DNA from: Acidimicrobiia bacterium
Lineage (GTDB): Bacteria > Actinomycetota > Acidimicrobiia > Acidimicrobiales > JANYDT01
DNA: 64,000 nt
Direction of reading: 5' to 3'
NCBI GenBank assembly: GCA_031418775.1
Contig: JANOJN010000170.1
Span: forward strand, 34,977 to 98,976
In this document: piece after piece, positions 59,267 through 64,000 of the stretch
Layout of the letters: every line of letters begins with the position of its first letter
Numbering within the stretch: position 1 is the stretch's first letter
Notes under the pieces: generated by a model
The model's database searches: none
What the model saw: the letters and a program-made list of their open reading frames with translations, nothing else
What the model was told of the DNA's origin: nothing
Position numbers and translations under genes: made by a program

Positions 59267-59665
59267 TCAGTGCAGGTCGTCGGGGCCGAAGGAGTCGGGG
59301 AGGATGTCGTCGAGGGTTTTGATGCCGCCTACTCCCTTGACCAGGAGTTGCTTTCCGCCGTGTTCGAGGAGGAGCTGACGGCAGCGGCCGCACGGGGCGA
59401 GGACGTAGCCCTCCGCGTGCACGGCGACGAACGCCACGAGGCGTCCACCACCGCTCGCCATGAGCGAGGAGACCAGTCCGCACTCGGCGCAGAGCCCGAG
59501 ACCGTAGGAGGCATTCTCGACGTTGCAGCCGGTGACGATGCGGCCGTCGTCGACCAGGGCGGCGGCGCCGACCGGGAACTTCGAGTACGGGGCGTAGGAC
59601 TTCTCGGTCATGGCGAGCGCCGCGGCCTGCAGCGCATCCCAGTCGACCGGCGGGGGAGAGGACAC
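59267..59665 (-). CDS. cdd: Cytidine deaminase (homotetrameric type)
   Basis: YAPYSKFPVGAA, GCNVENASYG, CAE and PCGRCRQ zinc motifs. Confidence 0.96.
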   Translation of the reverse strand: MSSPPPVDWDALQAAALAMTEKSYAPYSKFPVGAAALVDDGRIVTGCNVENASYGLGLCAECGLVSSLMASGGGRLVAFVAVHAEGYVLAPCGRCRQLLLEHGGKQLLVKGVGGIKTLDDILPDSFGPDDLH

Positions 59666-59669
59666 TGAC

Positions 59670-60899
59670 TTAACCCGCCTGTCCCTTGATGTACGGCTGA
59701 CCGCTCGCCGCGGGAGGCCGCTGGCGTTTCGATGCCACGGTGAGCACGATCAGGGTCAGCAGATACGGCAGGGCTTTGATCATTGCGTCGTTGATGGTCT
59801 CGTTGGCCGACGCGAACCACAACACGAACGCGGCAACGACCCCCAGCCCCAGGGCCGGCTTGTAGTGCTTCTTCGCCACGTTCCATGCGGCTGCCAGCAG
59901 GAACGAGAGCCCCACCGCGCCGATGACGGCGCGCGACTCGAGGCCGATCTGGAATCCGACGGACTGGCTGAAGCTGAACAGCAGCGCGCCGATCGACAAC
60001 AGGCCGGGCATCCAGTTGCCGAAGATCATCGCGGCCAGGCCGAGGAAGCCACGGTTTGCCGTCATGCCCTGCTGGTACTTGAGGCTGTCGAGGACCAGCC
60101 AGGCACCACCGAGACCGGCCAGGCTGCCGGACAGGAGCAGCGCCATCCACCGGGTGAACATGACGTTCACCCCTAGGGACTCGGCGGCGGCCGGCTTTTC
60201 GCCGCTGCTCCGAAGCCGCAGACCGAACGGAGTGCGCCACACCAGATACCAGATCGCCGGGATCAGCAGGAGCAGAAGGACCGACGACCAGGCGACCTCG
60301 ATGGTGAAGCCCCGAACCGTTCCGGCGAGGTCGGAGACGAGGAACCACCGCTTGTCCTCGATGGTCTGGAGCCAGTCGCCGATGAACGGGATGGAGAACT
60401 TGCTGCCGAAGTTCCGCACCGACGGAGAGTCGGCGATGGTTCCGAGGTCGCCCTCGTTGCCCTTCCCGTCGAAGAAGATGCCGGAGAGGTAGCGGACGAG
60501 GCCCACCGACAAGATGTTGATGGCGACGCCGGCCACGGTCTGATCCACGGCGAAGGTCACGGTGGCAAGCGCGAGGAGCGCCCCACCGAGGAAGCCTCCG
60601 ATGAGCCCACCAAGGAGCGCACCCCACGGCCCGAAGTGCCAGCCGAGGTAGCCGGCACCCCATGTGCCCATGATCATCATGCCTTCGAGGCCGATGTTGA
60701 ACACCCCGGCGCGCTCGGCCACGAGTCCGCCGAGTCCGGCGAGGATCACCGGAACCGCAAAGCCGAGAGCGGTGCTGACCGTCGATGATCCGGTGAGTCC
60801 CGGGGCGTCGAACAGCCGGGCCGACACCGAGAGGAGGAGCACGACACCGAGGGCGCTGAGCGATGCCCGCTGCCATCCGTTGAGGCGGATGTTCATCAT
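59670..60899 (-). CDS. Nucleoside ABC transporter permease (NupC-like)
   Basis: ERAGVFNIGLEG, TPFGLRLRSSGE, RGFLGLAAMIFGNW; ATG 60899 overlaps the upstream stop. Confidence 0.92.
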   Translation of the reverse strand: MMNIRLNGWQRASLSALGVVLLLSVSARLFDAPGLTGSSTVSTALGFAVPVILAGLGGLVAERAGVFNIGLEGMMIMGTWGAGYLGWHFGPWGALLGGLIGGFLGGALLALATVTFAVDQTVAGVAINILSVGLVRYLSGIFFDGKGNEGDLGTIADSPSVRNFGSKFSIPFIGDWLQTIEDKRWFLVSDLAGTVRGFTIEVAWSSVLLLLLIPAIWYLVWRTPFGLRLRSSGEKPAAAESLGVNVMFTRWMALLLSGSLAGLGGAWLVLDSLKYQQGMTANRGFLGLAAMIFGNWMPGLLSIGALLFSFSQSVGFQIGLESRAVIGAVGLSFLLAAAWNVAKKHYKPALGLGVVAAFVLWFASANETINDAMIKALPYLLTLIVLTVASKRQRPPAASGQPYIKGQAG

Positions 60900-61986
60900 G
60901 CGCCGGCTTCCTGCTGCTTCGCGGCGTGCGTTCTTGCTGCAGCCTCGCGGATGATGGTGGCGAGCGTCTTGCGTTCCCAGACGGCGTAGACGATGACGGC
61001 GATGAACAGCAGCGAGCCCTGGAGGATCACGGCGATCTCGCCGGGGATCCCGACGGTGACGAGTCCACGGGCACCCTGGTCGAGCGCCGCCCACAGAAAC
61101 GCTGCCGCCGCGACACCGATGGGATGGTTGCGCCCGAGCAGGGCGATGCCGATGCCGGTGAACCCGAGCCCGCCGGGGAAGCGGTCACCGTACGAGAGTT
61201 GGTCGTTGGCCGAGAGCACGATCCCCATGCCGATCAGACCGGCACATGCGCCGGAGATCAGCATCGTGACCATCATCATTCGCTTCGGGTTGATCCCCGC
61301 TGATCGGGCGGCCGAGGCGTTGCCGCCGGAAGCCCGCAGGTCGAAACCGAAGCGAGTGCGGTAGACGATCAGGTAGAACGCCACGCCGATGACCACCGCG
61401 ATCAGGACGTAGCTCTGGATCTTGGCGTCGCCGATCTTGAAGACGGGAAGCTGGCCGCTCTTGGGGATCGGACGGGTCGAGCCGTACTCGGGCCGGTTCG
61501 GATCGCGGAAGTGCGTCCACTTGCTCTGCATCAGGTAACTGATGAGCGACAACCCGATGCCGTTGAGCATGATGCCGGTCAGGACGGGGTTCACATTGCG
61601 GGTCACGTTGAGGATCCCGATGAGCGAGGCCCAGATCGCGCCGGCCACGATCGCCGTCAAGAGGGTCACGGCGACGTGCAACGGTGCCGGGAGGTCGATG
61701 GCGGCGCCGACGACCGCGCCGAACATGGCCGCCACCTGGTACTGGGCGTTCGTGCCGATGTTGAAGACGTTCATCTTCAGGGCGATGGCGATGGCGACGG
61801 CGCTCACGTAGTACCGGGCTCCGACGTTCACGGCGGTGATGACACCGTCGAGATTGGCGAAGTTCTTCCACATCGCCCGATAGGCGGTGAGCGGGTTGTG
61901 ACCCGAGACGAGGAGGACGACGGATGCGATGGCGAAGGCGAGAGCAAGCGCAAGCGCCGCCGGTGTGAGCGTCTTCTTGAGGTTCT

Positions 61987-61990
<4 letters not shown>
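60896..61990 (-). CDS. Nucleoside ABC transporter permease (NupB-like)
   Basis: FNIG, IMLN, TRFGFDLRASG, GFTGIGIALLGRNHPIG; ATG 61990 overlaps the ATPase stop. Confidence 0.92.
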
Positions 61991-63534
<1,544 letters not shown>

Positions 63535-63612
63535 TTCGTTCGCTGTTCCTTGCTGCGTCGTCGAGGGACGTCGGACGATTTCGTCATGACCACGCCTTCC
63601 TAGCAGAAAAGC

Positions 63613-63642
63613 AAACGGGGCGACCCGAAGGTCGCCCCGTTT
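63613..63642 (-). terminator. Intrinsic terminator / stabilising hairpin after the BMP gene
   Basis: 13-bp perfect stem AAACGGGGCGACC/GGTCGCCCCGTTT with a cUUCGg loop on the minus strand, followed by a U-rich tail. Confidence 0.8.
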
Positions 63643-63680
63643 CACACGGATCGGTTCGGCGCGAGAAGCGCCGGGTGCGG

Positions 63681-64000
63681 CTACTTCCGGGTCGGCACCT
63701 TCGGTACGGCGATCTTGCCGCTGATGATGTCGGCCTTGACCTTCTCGACCTTGGCGATGATGGAAGCCTTCAGCGCCTTGTTGCTCTTGGCGTAGCCCAC
63801 GCCACCTTCCTTGAGTCCGAGTACGGAGGTGCCAGTGGCCGGCTTGCCGCTGTTGTAGGCCTTGATGGCCTCGTAGCTGGCAACGTCAACACGCTTGAGC
63901 ATCGAGGTGAGGATGTAGTCGCGGCCGTTAGCCTGGGAGATGGTCTGGTACTGGTCGGAGTCGACACCGATCGCCCAGATCTTGCCCGGCTTCTTGCCGG
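63681..64000 (-). CDS. BMP/PnrA family nucleoside-binding lipoprotein (3' part)
   Basis: WAIGVDSDQY...ILTSMLKRVD...GLKEGGVG...IISGKI; the gene starts beyond the window. Confidence 0.9.
   Translation of the reverse strand, partial: GKKPGKIWAIGVDSDQYQTISQANGRDYILTSMLKRVDVASYEAIKAYNSGKPATGTSVLGLKEGGVGYAKSNKALKASIIAKVEKVKADIISGKIAVPKVPTRK

Overview
High-GC actinobacterial chromosome segment spanning the replication origin; gene order and protein style suggest Acidimicrobiia (inference). The core block is murJ(3' end)-degV-Ser/Thr kinase-sigM/anti-sigma-trxBA, then parB-parA-rsmG-jag-yidC-yidD-rnpA-rpmH on the minus strand, then dnaA-oriC-dnaN-recF-DUF721-gyrB-gyrA, with two parS sites, several DnaA-box clusters, tRNA-Ile(GAT) and tRNA-Ala(TGC). 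A 1.3-kb att-flanked islet at tRNA-Ala carries a frameshifted HigB/RelE-type toxin and an intact antitoxin. Further on lie nhaA, secreted repeat proteins, a sugar kinase/nucleotidyltransferase pair, a membrane-tethered ECF sigma, proS, and a nucleoside uptake/catabolism cluster interrupted by an orphan DNA methyltransferase. The best candidate for an undescribed system is a translationally coupled operon at 41927-49345: polyenoic-fatty-acid-isomerase-like flavoprotein, RPE65/BCO-type carotenoid oxygenase, second isomerase-like flavoprotein, and a zinc-ribbon/class III cyclase/STAND ATPase/TPR sensor. It sits among lipase, ferredoxin/P450, acyltransferase and patatin genes. Also notable are a 70-bp structured intergenic repeat with covarying stems (4 copies) and a 156-bp MITE-like element. 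All family assignments come from motif recognition without database searches, and start codons were chosen by eye.
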